DNA from: Chloroflexota bacterium
GTDB lineage: Bacteria > Chloroflexota > UBA11872 > VXOZ01
Reading direction: 5' to 3'
DNA: 64,000 bases
NCBI GenBank assembly: GCA_965221905.1
Contig: OZ244922.1
Location: forward strand, 1,856,001 to 1,920,000
The notes under the pieces are model-generated. The model was not told the origin of the DNA. It searched no databases and saw nothing but the letters and a program-made list of their open reading frames with translations. The position numbers and the translations under genes were made by a program. This document shows, piece after piece, positions 29,771 to 39,569 of this stretch. The stretch's first letter is position 1, and every line of letters begins with the position of its first letter.

Positions 29771-31027
29771 CTACTCTCCTGTGTAGGTCTTCGGCACCTT
29801 GAGGATGGTTCCCGCGCCAAGCACAAAGAAGAGCGCCATCGTGACGAAGACGGCGGAGTAGCCTAGGAGCGGCTGAATACTGTTGAAGACGTCGAGTATG
29901 ACCCCCGCAGTCAGGCTGGCTAGCGCGTCGCCGCCGGCTGTGGACAAGTTCGTAAGGCCCATATAAAGCCCCGCCGCCCGAGGATCAGGGATAAGGTCTA
30001 TCGCCAAGGCCCAATCGGCAGTGACGAAGATTCCTGTCGCCGCGCCGAGTATGGCAAAAGCGACGAGCAGCATGGTGTAGTTCGTTGTAAAAAGCAAGAC
30101 CAGAGAGGCGAGCATACCTACGATACACGAAGCCACGACCAGCAGGCGGCGGTCGGTGCGGTCTGAAATCCAGCCCGCCGGTATGCTGACGGCTGCGGCT
30201 ACGATGATGAAAACACCAAGTGCAATTGTGACGGACAGGCCGGCGTTTTCAGTGATGCCCAGCCGCTCGCGGATGAAGAAGAGCAGCAATTGGTTCCCAG
30301 CGAGCAAACCCATAAAGAAGAACAAACGCGAGAAGAGTACCCAGGTAAAGCCCGGCCGTTCCCTCAGTTCGGAGATTCGAGTGCGAAGCTCGTGGAAAAT
30401 ACCGGAGAATTCCGGTTTTTCTTCCAGCGGATCCTCATGGATGGTCAGCGCAGAGACAACTGCCACCATCACAAGCACGGCTGCAGCCACAAAAAGGTAG
30501 TGGCCGAGCAAGCCGCGGTCGAGAAATTGTCCGGCGGCGAGCACGCCAAACAGCGTCCCCAAGTGCTTAGATAGTCCCAGAAATCCCGATGCGCGTCCCC
30601 GCTGGCTTTTCGGTACGAGATCCGGGACTATGCCTTGATACGGCCCTAGAGCACTATTGGCGGAGACTTGGAGCAGGATAACCACTGCCAAGAGCAGAGC
30701 ATAGTTGCTCACAGCGGCCATGAGTAGCAAAAAGAGGGCGCTGACGAGAGAGCCGATGAGCATGAAGGGCCTACGGCGGCCCCAACGCGCAGTGGAGCGG
30801 TCGCTCACGGCGCCCATGATGGGCTGCACGACAACAGCGACGATGAGACCTACAGAGACCAAGATGCCAAGATACGTGCCCTTCTGCGCCGAACCCATGA
30901 GTGTCTCCACGCGGTCGGGCAGGTAGACTATGTTCAATCCCGCCCATGCCGTGGAGATGCCGAGCCAGAAGAGGCTCAGCCGCGCCAAGTACGGTAGTGA
31001 AACACGCTTCAGGTCTTCACGCGACAT
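29771..31027 (-). CDS. MFS transporter
   Basis: QPIMGAVSDRSTARWGRRRP and GWISDRTDRR loop motifs, about 12 hydrophobic segments. Confidence 0.9.
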   Translation of the reverse strand: MSREDLKRVSLPYLARLSLFWLGISTAWAGLNIVYLPDRVETLMGSAQKGTYLGILVSVGLIVAVVVQPIMGAVSDRSTARWGRRRPFMLIGSLVSALFLLLMAAVSNYALLLAVVILLQVSANSALGPYQGIVPDLVPKSQRGRASGFLGLSKHLGTLFGVLAAGQFLDRGLLGHYLFVAAAVLVMVAVVSALTIHEDPLEEKPEFSGIFHELRTRISELRERPGFTWVLFSRLFFFMGLLAGNQLLLFFIRERLGITENAGLSVTIALGVFIIVAAAVSIPAGWISDRTDRRLLVVASCIVGMLASLVLLFTTNYTMLLVAFAILGAATGIFVTADWALAIDLIPDPRAAGLYMGLTNLSTAGGDALASLTAGVILDVFNSIQPLLGYSAVFVTMALFFVLGAGTILKVPKTYTGE

Positions 31028-31141
31028 AATTGGCTCTTCTTTTCATCCTTCTTAACATGGCGCAGCGCCAACGGGTGTTCCGGCGTGTATTCTGGGGCAC
31101 GTGTGCCTAGACCTCCGGGCAGCGTTCCGGCGTGGCTCCAA

Positions 31142-31801
31142 TTACGTATTCGCTTTCACTATAGTAGCCGAATCGCTTGCCGTACGTTCCCGACGATCTT
31201 CCAACAGCCGCCCGCCTCTGTAAAAGAGGTAACACCCACCTATTTGGATAAGGTGATATAAGTCATTATGATTGAAGTGGCGGTGAAGCTTGACCTTCCT
31301 TATCTGGACGAATGCGGCAAGAAGCGAAATGAAGACCCCGCCCAGTATACACCGTGAACTGGCGGCGTCCCTGCGAAACAACGCCGGCGCGTGGAACGCG
31401 ACGACACCCGCCATGGCGGACCCATAGTCAATTATTACGTAGAGAAACTTGTCGCGGGAAGCCATCCAACCGCAGTAGGCCAAAAGCTTCACCACCGTGC
31501 CAAAGAGCAGGTTCCCTTTTAGCGGCTGCGACGTGCATGCAACTACCGTACTCGCAAACATGCCTGCGCTCGTGAATCCTGTGGCCAAGATTGTCCCTTT
31601 CCACAGCTTGCGCCGTACGGCGGGTGACTGCTCGCCCACGGCATGCGATGCGCCGCCAAGCACTGCCGCGATGGCTGCAGCAATGAAGCCAATGCCCCAG
31701 AGTACTTGGGAGTACTGCCGTTGCGAGCACCCTTGGCGGAACAGCGCGATGCCCCACCGCGCATTGCAGATACCGAGCGCGAGATCGGTGAGCACTGTCA
31801 T
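31142..31801 (-). CDS. polytopic membrane protein (DUF6962-like)
   Basis: Multiple TM helices, GGASH and C-terminal HFNHNDLYHLIQ motif; the true start may lie slightly upstream. Confidence 0.6.
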   Translation of the reverse strand: MTVLTDLALGICNARWGIALFRQGCSQRQYSQVLWGIGFIAAAIAAVLGGASHAVGEQSPAVRRKLWKGTILATGFTSAGMFASTVVACTSQPLKGNLLFGTVVKLLAYCGWMASRDKFLYVIIDYGSAMAGVVAFHAPALFRRDAASSRCILGGVFISLLAAFVQIRKVKLHRHFNHNDLYHLIQIGGCYLFYRGGRLLEDRRERTASDSATIVKANT

Positions 31802-32191
31802 CGGTTCATGTATTCTAATTGGAATTCACTCCAAACAAAGTGCGTTCATGCGCTCAAACTGGCGGCCAAGGGTGCGCTGCGACGCTGAAAGCAAAGAAAT
31901 TACAGAGATGCTGTAGGTCGTAGGAAGAGATGGATAGCTATACAGCGAACCCCAAATTCCCGCATGTTTCAGCAACAACATGAATGATCGCGTCATGCTC
32001 TCCACGTTACGGCATTGAACTAAGTGACGTCGAGGACGCTGCGAGAGCAATCTCGGCTGATGTTGCCTAGCTCAAGCCATTCTCCGAATGGTGTAAGTGT
32101 CTGGTGATGCGCTGACAGAATGACCACCGTAGAGGGTTTGTGCGGTACGCCGACCTGGAGGCAATGGGCCAAAGAATTATCAGTATCACTC

Positions 32192-32219
32192 GTAGGGGCA
32201 CGGCATGCCGTGCCTCAAC
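32192..32219. repeat. GTAG-type REP palindrome
   Basis: GTAGGGGCACGGCATGCCGTGCCTCAAC: GTAG foot followed by the self-complementary GGCACGGCATGCCGTGCC. Confidence 0.7.
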
Positions 32220-32269
32220 TCCGACGGTCGGTCTGCCCCTTTTTTCGCTATTGGTCTGATGCCCATAGA

Positions 32270-32308
32270 TGCAGCGAAGATGGATTCCGGCATACGCCGG
32301 AATGACGG
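32270..32308. repeat. REP-like palindrome, TGGATTCCGGC-N-GCCGGAATGAC family, copy 1
   Basis: 36/39 identical to 49896-49934; ATTCCGGC/GCCGGAAT stem. Confidence 0.8.
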
Positions 32309-32394
32309 CTCTCGATGTCTGTTGACTTTCATGGCAATTGCTTAAGGCCACAGTCTGCAAATGAATTGGTATACACCTGCGCTAATGACATTAA

Positions 32395-33801
32395 TCAGCT
32401 AGTCACGTCAGAAAACATGGCGGCATAATGACGATACCAGTCGCTCTGGAACCGCTCTGCCGGATCGTAGCGCCGCTTTAGGCGGAGGAGCTCAGGAAAC
32501 TGCGGATAGCACTGTTCTACCTGTGAGCGCTTTGCATGTTTGTGGTAGGTAAGGTAGTAACTGCCGCCGTACTGAATCGCACGATCAATCAAGCGGCGAA
32601 ATGCTGCTGCGGCAAGGCCCTGCCCCTCCGGTGTATGCAATACGTGAAGATTGAAAATGACACAAGCGTAGTCTTCCTGTGCCCAGGCCAGAAAGCTCTC
32701 CTCATCGCGCTCGACGAGCCGAATGGTGCCATAGACGACCTCAGTCTGATTCTGCCGGAAGTCTTCACGAACGTCATACATGAAGGGCGTCAGGGATTGG
32801 CGCGGCACATAGATTTCGGTGATAACCTCCGTCGAGGGCGCTGCCGCGCCGAGGTGGTGGTCGAGCATGCGGTGGTAGTTTTCCTCGTAGTAGCCGAGTT
32901 GATGCAGGTCCGACCAGTAGATTTGGCCGTCTGTTGCCAGGTAGTGCGCGACGTACTGCTCGAATGCCTGCGGTTTGTTGGCGTGCGCAAAGAGAATCAA
33001 GCGTCGCCAATCGTCAACGGAAAGTTCTCTCTGCTCCTCCGGAATGGGCGTTTCCGAGGCCACGGGTCGGTAGCAAGAGAACAGACCTTTCGTCAGATAG
33101 TCATCAGATGTATCGTCTATCGAGTATTGAAAGTCACCGTAGAGGAACCGATCTTCGACACGTTGCGCAAATGCCGGCATGAGCTCTTCGATGGTGATCA
33201 CGTTTACGGCGCGTTGCAGTTTGCACCGCGGAACAAGCCGCAGCGTAACGCTATAGACGACGCCAAAGAGGCCATATCCCCCGATGACCAACCGGAATAG
33301 CTCGCCGTTCTCTTGGCGGCTGCAGTGCCGGACGTTCCCGTCGGCATCAACGAGCACGAACGATTCAACGTCACCGACGATGGGGCGCATGCGCAAACCG
33401 CGGCCGTGCACGTTCGCTGCCAGGGCCCCGCCAATGCTCATGCGGTCGCCGCCGGTCTGCTTCTGGGCGATTGACCACTGTGGCTCCTCATCAATTGCGG
33501 CCTGACGGCAGGCGGCAATTAGCTCCGGCCAGTAGATGCCCGCTTCAACCGTAATCAAGCCTGCTGCGGCATCGAATGCGAGCACGTGGTCCAGCGGTAC
33601 CGTATCCAAGAGAATAGTGCCGCTGCCGAATTGCTGCCCGCCCATGGCATGCCGCCCACCGGCGATGGAGATGGATTTCCCTTCGTTCTGCGCAGCAGCG
33701 ACAGCGGCCTGAATGGCTTCCAGTGAATCCACCGGCACTATTCGATCAACGTTTGTCGGATTGAGTTGCGAGTGGATGTCGTTGACGTCAATGCCGGGCA
33801 T
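32395..33801 (-). CDS. FAD-linked oxidoreductase (FAD_binding_4, sugar-lactone oxidase/DprE1-like)
   Basis: AGGRHAMGGQ, SIGGALAANVHGRG, GGYGLFG, GGSYYLTYH, DPAERFQS. Confidence 0.85.
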   Translation of the reverse strand: MPGIDVNDIHSQLNPTNVDRIVPVDSLEAIQAAVAAAQNEGKSISIAGGRHAMGGQQFGSGTILLDTVPLDHVLAFDAAAGLITVEAGIYWPELIAACRQAAIDEEPQWSIAQKQTGGDRMSIGGALAANVHGRGLRMRPIVGDVESFVLVDADGNVRHCSRQENGELFRLVIGGYGLFGVVYSVTLRLVPRCKLQRAVNVITIEELMPAFAQRVEDRFLYGDFQYSIDDTSDDYLTKGLFSCYRPVASETPIPEEQRELSVDDWRRLILFAHANKPQAFEQYVAHYLATDGQIYWSDLHQLGYYEENYHRMLDHHLGAAAPSTEVITEIYVPRQSLTPFMYDVREDFRQNQTEVVYGTIRLVERDEESFLAWAQEDYACVIFNLHVLHTPEGQGLAAAAFRRLIDRAIQYGGSYYLTYHKHAKRSQVEQCYPQFPELLRLKRRYDPAERFQSDWYRHYAAMFSDVTS

Positions 33802-33818
33802 TTGCGCAGGCTTTCCTT

Positions 33819-35327
33819 TCAGCGGCTGCCGCGCAGGACCGTGGGGGCAAAGTCCGGTATCTCGGCAACGAGTGGGAAATAAGGACGCGGCGCTTTGTAA
33901 TAGTTGAAGTGACGGAGCGAGGGCGGTGTGGCCCCCAGCGTATCCAAGACGAATTCGCCTTTTGCAATTTCACTATAGGTTTGGCTATAGTTCATCGGAT
34001 TCTTTGCGACGATGAATTTTGCGCCTTCAATGTCCATGTCCAGGGCGCGGAACTGCTCGTCCCGCCACTCGTACGTGCCGTACGTCGTAATCAAGATCTG
34101 AGCGCTGCCACACTCCAGCACCGCCGTTGGCCCCATGGTCGCCCACTCGCCTGCCCAGATGCCGCCGGTATATTGAAACTTTCCATCACTTAAGGACTTC
34201 ACGACACCGGTGAGGGTCTGCGGACTTCCCCATTGGGGATCGATCTTGTGCCCCAGCGTCAACGTGACCGTGCTGCCTTCACCGGCTTCATGACAGAGCG
34301 CAGCCGCTTCAGGATCGACCACCGGCACGATGGCAAACCCTGCGCTGAGGTCCTGCAGGACAGGGATTGTAGCCACGCTGTCTCCGGCAGCACCGCCACC
34401 GACACAGTCAGCGCACTCTATTAACACGATAGGGCCGCCTGGAATCTTGAGTCCCTCGTCGACCGCCTCCTGGGGTGTGAGGGTGTCCGGTTCGAGCGCG
34501 AATCGATTCTCCCACATCAGACGCGCAATCCGGTCTGCGAGATCTACGGCGCGCTCCTCATCATTGTCAGTAATCACCAGGCCGCCCCCGCCCAATTCCG
34601 CCACGTCAATCGTGGCGTGGGCGTGGAACGCGCTGGTGGATAAGACTCCCGGCAGCTCTTCAAAGGATTTCGCTAAGCGCATCACATCGGCAAAGGGGCC
34701 GTCACCCACGGTGCTCGCATTAATGGCACTGGTCAGAATCGGCACTTTTGCTATGACCATTGCCGGCGAATGGGCGCCGTCGAGGGTGCCCAGGAGGAGT
34801 CGCGCGCCGCGCACGCCCGTAGTGAACGGATCAACGTGCGGGTAGGTCTCCCAGGCGATAAGACCGTCAGCGTGGCGCATCATCTGGGTGGTAACGTTTG
34901 CGTGCAGGTCGAGCGTCCCCACCACCGGTACGCCAGGGCCCACGATGGTACGCACTGCCGCCAGGAGGTCACCTTCCACGTCATCGACTTCCGTAGAGAC
35001 CGCCGCTCCATGCAGGGCGAGCAAGACGCCGTCCACGGGCAAGGCATTAGTGAGATCTTCCAGCAGGTCCGCCTTCAGTTGCGCGTAGCACTCGTGGTCA
35101 ATCGGCCCACCGGGGTAGGCGCTCGCCACGACGAGCGGCACAATGTCGGCGTTCTGTTCCTTCAGGGTGTGCAGCATGCCGCCAACAGCGCCGCCGCCAA
35201 TTGACATAACCGCTTCGCCGCGCGCGAGCTGGCTGCGGGCAAACTCGTCTCGTTCGATCAGCTTGCCGCCAAACTGGTTGCACTCGGTCAGAATTGAACC
35301 AACGGCAACCCGATGCGATCGCTCCAT
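33819..35327 (-). CDS. M81 family metallopeptidase (MlrC-like)
   Basis: ECNQF, LLALHGA, TLDLHAN, TYPHVD, DCVGGGAAGD. Confidence 0.9.
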   Translation of the reverse strand: MERSHRVAVGSILTECNQFGGKLIERDEFARSQLARGEAVMSIGGGAVGGMLHTLKEQNADIVPLVVASAYPGGPIDHECYAQLKADLLEDLTNALPVDGVLLALHGAAVSTEVDDVEGDLLAAVRTIVGPGVPVVGTLDLHANVTTQMMRHADGLIAWETYPHVDPFTTGVRGARLLLGTLDGAHSPAMVIAKVPILTSAINASTVGDGPFADVMRLAKSFEELPGVLSTSAFHAHATIDVAELGGGGLVITDNDEERAVDLADRIARLMWENRFALEPDTLTPQEAVDEGLKIPGGPIVLIECADCVGGGAAGDSVATIPVLQDLSAGFAIVPVVDPEAAALCHEAGEGSTVTLTLGHKIDPQWGSPQTLTGVVKSLSDGKFQYTGGIWAGEWATMGPTAVLECGSAQILITTYGTYEWRDEQFRALDMDIEGAKFIVAKNPMNYSQTYSEIAKGEFVLDTLGATPPSLRHFNYYKAPRPYFPLVAEIPDFAPTVLRGSR

Positions 35328-35346
35328 AGTTGTGTCTCCGATCTAG

Positions 35347-36597
35347 TCACAGTTCCATTACATCCGACAAAGCAGAGATGCTCGGCTGCTCCAAGTGGGG
35401 CGCAGCAGGCACAAGTTGATTGATCGCGTCCGGCCACTTGACTCCAGAGCCCGTGATGACGCAGACGACAGTTTCACCCGGTTTGAAGTATCCATCGGCA
35501 TGGAGCCGGACGAGGCTGGCGATAGTGGCCAGCGAGGCGCTCTCGAAGAAGTACCCGCGACTCGCCATGCGCCGGATTGCCTGGCGCAACTCATCCTCCG
35601 TGACCGCAGTTGCCGTGCCGCCCGATGCGCGGAGGGCCCGCAGAGCGTGCATGCCACAGCGTCCCTCGATGATAGACGTGGCGAGTGAGTCAGGTTCGGG
35701 TTGGACTTCGATTTCGGTACGGTTATGTGTAAGCGCGTGGAGCAGCGGGTGCGTGGCCAAGGTCTGACAGCCCACCATGCGCGGCAGACGGTCGATGAGG
35801 CCCATGTCGCGCAGGTCGATCAACCCACGCCAGATGCCGTAAAGGCTGTCGCCGCCGCCCGTGGGAACCAGGACGGTATCGGGCGAGCCACCAAGGGCGC
35901 TGGCTATTTCATACCCGATTGTCTTGTACCCCGTCACGCCGTAAGGACTGGCGAGCGGGTTGGGATCGGAAGAGCCGACCGGCAGCCAGCCATGGTCTTC
36001 CACAAGCTGCCGCATCATCTTGCCGATCTCCGATTTTGGCATCGTTACCACCGACGCGCCGTGAATCTGCATCACGCGACGAAGCAGTTCGGACGACGTA
36101 GGGTAGCCAATGACGAGCGCGCGCAGCCCCGCGAGCGCCGCGTAGGCGGCCACCGCCTGGCCGGCGTTGCCGGTGGAGGATGCCACCACCTTCGTGTAGC
36201 CGAGTTGCCGCGCCATGGTGATGTTCACCGCAGCGTGGCGGTCCTTGAACGACCACGTGGGATTCATCGTCTCGTTCTTGATGTAGACGTTTAGGCCAAG
36301 CTCGTCGCTCAACTCATCCAGGAAAGTCAGCGGCGTGCCGCCTTCGTCGAGGCTAAGCGGATGGTCTGCCACCGGGAGCATGTCCCCATAGCGCCAGACA
36401 TTGTGTTGTGGCCCGGCATTCCAAGCCTCTTGAAAACCGGCAGGCACGCCATCTTCCAGGTTGACCCGAAAGTCCAGCGGACCTTCCCGGCCTTGCTCGA
36501 AGCAGCCGGGGCACCCAAAGGCATACACCCCAATTTCATAGCGCGCGTCGCACCGCACGCATTGCAACCACTCTACGTCTGTACTCACCGTCGTCAC
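35347..36597 (-). CDS. threonine synthase-like PLP enzyme
   Basis: N-terminal CxxC...CxxC, EGGTPL, NPTWSFKDR (PLP lysine), STGNAG, GYKTIGYE, ITGSG. Confidence 0.85.
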   Translation of the reverse strand: MTTVSTDVEWLQCVRCDARYEIGVYAFGCPGCFEQGREGPLDFRVNLEDGVPAGFQEAWNAGPQHNVWRYGDMLPVADHPLSLDEGGTPLTFLDELSDELGLNVYIKNETMNPTWSFKDRHAAVNITMARQLGYTKVVASSTGNAGQAVAAYAALAGLRALVIGYPTSSELLRRVMQIHGASVVTMPKSEIGKMMRQLVEDHGWLPVGSSDPNPLASPYGVTGYKTIGYEIASALGGSPDTVLVPTGGGDSLYGIWRGLIDLRDMGLIDRLPRMVGCQTLATHPLLHALTHNRTEIEVQPEPDSLATSIIEGRCGMHALRALRASGGTATAVTEDELRQAIRRMASRGYFFESASLATIASLVRLHADGYFKPGETVVCVITGSGVKWPDAINQLVPAAPHLEQPSISALSDVMEL

Positions 36598-36647
36598 GCG
36601 CTTACCCTTTCTCCACGGAAATTACTGCACGTTACTGGTATAGCATA

Positions 36648-38099
36648 CTATTCTCGCGCCAAGCGCAGGAAAGACTCCCGGCCGTCGCGGAAAAGCTGCT
36701 GCATGCGCTGCCGGTGGGCAATGTCCTCGAAGCGCGCCTGCTCCGCGATCCATTGCAGCGAGCGTTCGATTTGAGCGACGAAGAACTGTGCCGAGGCTTT
36801 CGTGGCGGGATCTCTCCCGCCAACGCGAAGATAAACGGGACTCGTGTGGGCCCATTGGGCGTGGCCGTAGCTGTCCCGGCTGCGTCCGGCGCAGCGCGCC
36901 GCGATCCAGCCATCACCCGGGGGGACGAGCGTGGCAGTTAGTCTGCCTTCTTGGGTGCCGCTTTCGGCGTGCTCACCCGCCACTACAGTGCCGTTCATGA
37001 TGATTTCGACACGCTCAATCGGTAGGTGCGCCTGCCAACGCACTTCCGCACGCACCTGCTTTGGTTGGCGCGCGCGAAGATCGAGAATCTGCCCCGGTGG
37101 CTGACCCTCCACCGTAAGATCGAGCACCGGCCCATTCGTGATGAACGAGCGACCGGCGGTCAGCGTCTCCAGCCAGGAGTCGTAGGAAAAGGACTGCTCC
37201 AGGTGCGTGTAGACGCGATTTGCAGAACAGACGTACCAGTCGGAGCCCGTGCTCGCCGGCAGCTTGAAACCGCAATTCAGGAGGTGATACCACAAATCAT
37301 ATTCCGTATCGAGCCAGTACGGGTCGAAGAGATTGAGCGCGTCTATCCGCTGCAGTGAGGCGGCAATGGGCGCTTCCATGCCCCAGCCGTTGTGACACCA
37401 GATCACGACCCCGCCTTGTGCCCGGGCCGTATCGCACGCGTCTATGAGGGGCGGGTAGTCCGGATCGGAATCATCCACCAGCACGCCGCGGCTGAGCGGT
37501 TCAACCTGCTCCTGCAGGCGCACGAGCATCACGTGCCCGTAGCCGGAGCTACTATCGCCGAGAATGGCATTGTGCCGCGTCTCTTCCCCTACGTCGAGTA
37601 CCCAATGGGGTCGAGTCGGGTGGTCCATGCGCCCGACTGGGAAGCGATTGGTCGCATAGGCGAGTTCTTGCTGTTGGAGCACGCTAATGACCGTTACGGT
37701 AAGGTCTTCGACTTCGGTGTCGAACCGCAGGCGTTCTTCGGGACGGGTCTCGAACTCGCGATAATGGATGTGGGTGTTGCCCGGGTACCAGCCCTGGTCG
37801 TCGAGACGAATCCACCGCTGCAGCGGCAGCGAGAGATTCACAGTGCCTTTCAGTGGCACCGGCACCGTCACGTGCAGAGGCGCATATTCCGTGCCGCGTT
37901 CTACTCGGACGTCTGCCTGGCCGCGGGGCAGGTCAACCGAAAACGACCCATCAGCATAGAAGTAGGGATTGGTTGTCCCGACGGTTGCGATAGAGCTTTC
38001 AGGAGCGTGAAACAGTCCGCCATTGCCTTGCACAGAGACTTTGGCCGCGATCTCTTTGCCGCTTTGCGCATCTACGATTGTGCCGGTGACGGTGCCCAT
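36648..38099 (-). CDS. CehA/McbA family PHP-like metallohydrolase
   Basis: ERGTEY, GWYPGNTHIH, YGHV, WCHNG, WYHLLNCG, TGSDW, FITNGP, AHTSPVY; start placed at ATG 38099 (ORF track starts at 38120). Confidence 0.8.
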   Translation of the reverse strand: MGTVTGTIVDAQSGKEIAAKVSVQGNGGLFHAPESSIATVGTTNPYFYADGSFSVDLPRGQADVRVERGTEYAPLHVTVPVPLKGTVNLSLPLQRWIRLDDQGWYPGNTHIHYREFETRPEERLRFDTEVEDLTVTVISVLQQQELAYATNRFPVGRMDHPTRPHWVLDVGEETRHNAILGDSSSGYGHVMLVRLQEQVEPLSRGVLVDDSDPDYPPLIDACDTARAQGGVVIWCHNGWGMEAPIAASLQRIDALNLFDPYWLDTEYDLWYHLLNCGFKLPASTGSDWYVCSANRVYTHLEQSFSYDSWLETLTAGRSFITNGPVLDLTVEGQPPGQILDLRARQPKQVRAEVRWQAHLPIERVEIIMNGTVVAGEHAESGTQEGRLTATLVPPGDGWIAARCAGRSRDSYGHAQWAHTSPVYLRVGGRDPATKASAQFFVAQIERSLQWIAEQARFEDIAHRQRMQQLFRDGRESFLRLARE

Positions 38100-38153
38100 G
38101 TTCCCCACAATTCGGTGCAATCCTGTCGGATCACTTGATATCTACTCCGACCG

Positions 38154-38179
38154 GTAGCGCAGGTTTTCAACCTGCGTAC
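38154..38179. repeat. GTAG-type REP palindrome
   Basis: GTAG foot leading into the CGCAGGTT-ttc-AACCTGCG stem, then TAC. Confidence 0.6.
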
Positions 38180-38268
38180 TTCCTGCCGAGAGCAAGGCAC
38201 AAGGGGATCCGAAGGAGTAAAGGCGAAACCGAGTCTATCCAGAAGCTTGCCGTGCGCTCAGTGTCGGT

Positions 38269-39174
38269 CTAGGCAGCTAAGACTATCTCGTTGATGTCCC
38301 GATTAGTTGCCACCCAACAGCCGCCGGGCTTGTCCAGCGCACGGTGCAGCACGGTGTCAAGCATATCACAGTGGGGGTCTCGGGCCGCCAGGTACGAGGG
38401 ATGCGCGAGGAGGCTGAGAATCTGTCCGTTTGCATGAGCGTGGTCAACTGCAACGGTTGTGTGGTGGATGTATTCCCAACGGTCTAAGTCCAACGAGCGG
38501 AAGGCGATGGCATCGCTCAGTCCCATCATCGGGATTTCGGACAGGCCGTTCGGGTAGCGGTAAGGCTGTAGGATGTCGAGGCTATGTCGCACGGCGGCCT
38601 CCATGTCCGCGCGCGGCGGGTGCCACGTGCGTTCCGTCGGGCACTTGTAGTGCGCGGAAGCGAACTGAAAACCTTCATCTTGTAGGAGAGTCTGTACAGC
38701 GGGCGCGTCTTCCAGCCCGTTGTGAAAAGCCCCCGGCGTACGAAAGCCACTCGCTTCAACGCCTAACCGTTCACTTAGACCTCTGCCGGTCTGCCTGATC
38801 TCGTGGCGCAGGCATTCCAACGGCGAAAGCCCCCCGGCCCGCCACGGCGCTCGCTTGTAAGAGGAATGCAGGTCTTCAACACGCTCCGCTTTGACGTTTA
38901 CGTGCCGGTAGGTGTGATTGTCGAGGGCATGACCCTCCGCGACCAGCCGCTTGAGATAGTCAACGTCCGGGTCTTCCAAGGCGCTGCCGACCACGAAAAA
39001 CTGGAGCTTCACACCATACTTGTCAGCGACGTCCAGCAGTCTATGGACGTACTGCTTAACGTGCGGATCGATGGCGCCGTAATCGTCGTAATCGGACGTC
39101 CAGTAGGGAAAGTTGTAGGACATTTCGATGTCGAACGTCATGCTAAGGCAGAATTGAGCGCCGTTGGGGTACAT
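38269..39174 (-). CDS. polysaccharide deacetylase (NodB/CE4-like) protein
   Basis: MTFDIE, FFVVG, NHTYRH, GFRTPG, LLAHP. Confidence 0.8.
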   Translation of the reverse strand: MYPNGAQFCLSMTFDIEMSYNFPYWTSDYDDYGAIDPHVKQYVHRLLDVADKYGVKLQFFVVGSALEDPDVDYLKRLVAEGHALDNHTYRHVNVKAERVEDLHSSYKRAPWRAGGLSPLECLRHEIRQTGRGLSERLGVEASGFRTPGAFHNGLEDAPAVQTLLQDEGFQFASAHYKCPTERTWHPPRADMEAAVRHSLDILQPYRYPNGLSEIPMMGLSDAIAFRSLDLDRWEYIHHTTVAVDHAHANGQILSLLAHPSYLAARDPHCDMLDTVLHRALDKPGGCWVATNRDINEIVLAA

Positions 39175-39305
39175 GCTTCTTAACCACTCGCTTTAGTGCT
39201 GGTACCTAATGGCTCCTGCCTCAACCAGTTGAGGTGGCTGCTGCAACATCCATTCAAGGTAAATGCTGTCACGCCTACTCTACCTACTCAATTGTTCCTT
39301 CCGGC

Positions 39306-39397
39306 CTGAGCTTGTCGAAGGGAGAACGAGACGAACGCACCCAAATCCGCCCATGGTCCCCCAACCGTTCATGCTTCGACAGGCTCAGCACGAACGG
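39306..39397. repeat. inverted REP doublet, TTCGACAGGCTC family
   Basis: CTGAGCTTGTCGAAG (39306-39320) inverted against CTTCGACAGGCTCAG (39374-39388); the second lies within CCGTTC...GAACGG, matching 13581-13613. Confidence 0.8.
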
Positions 39398-39569
39398 CTT
39401 CACGATTCAAAACAGATATGCGCCTGACGGAGTATCCACTACCCTGAACCTCAAGCCGACCAGCTTGACGCAGGTAATACTCTGCTTGCTTGGCAGCGCA
39501 ATGGGAAGACGCCGGGATGCTCAGGGGTCTTTTCTCCAGCCAATCAAGCGCTGCAACACACGTTCAGCC

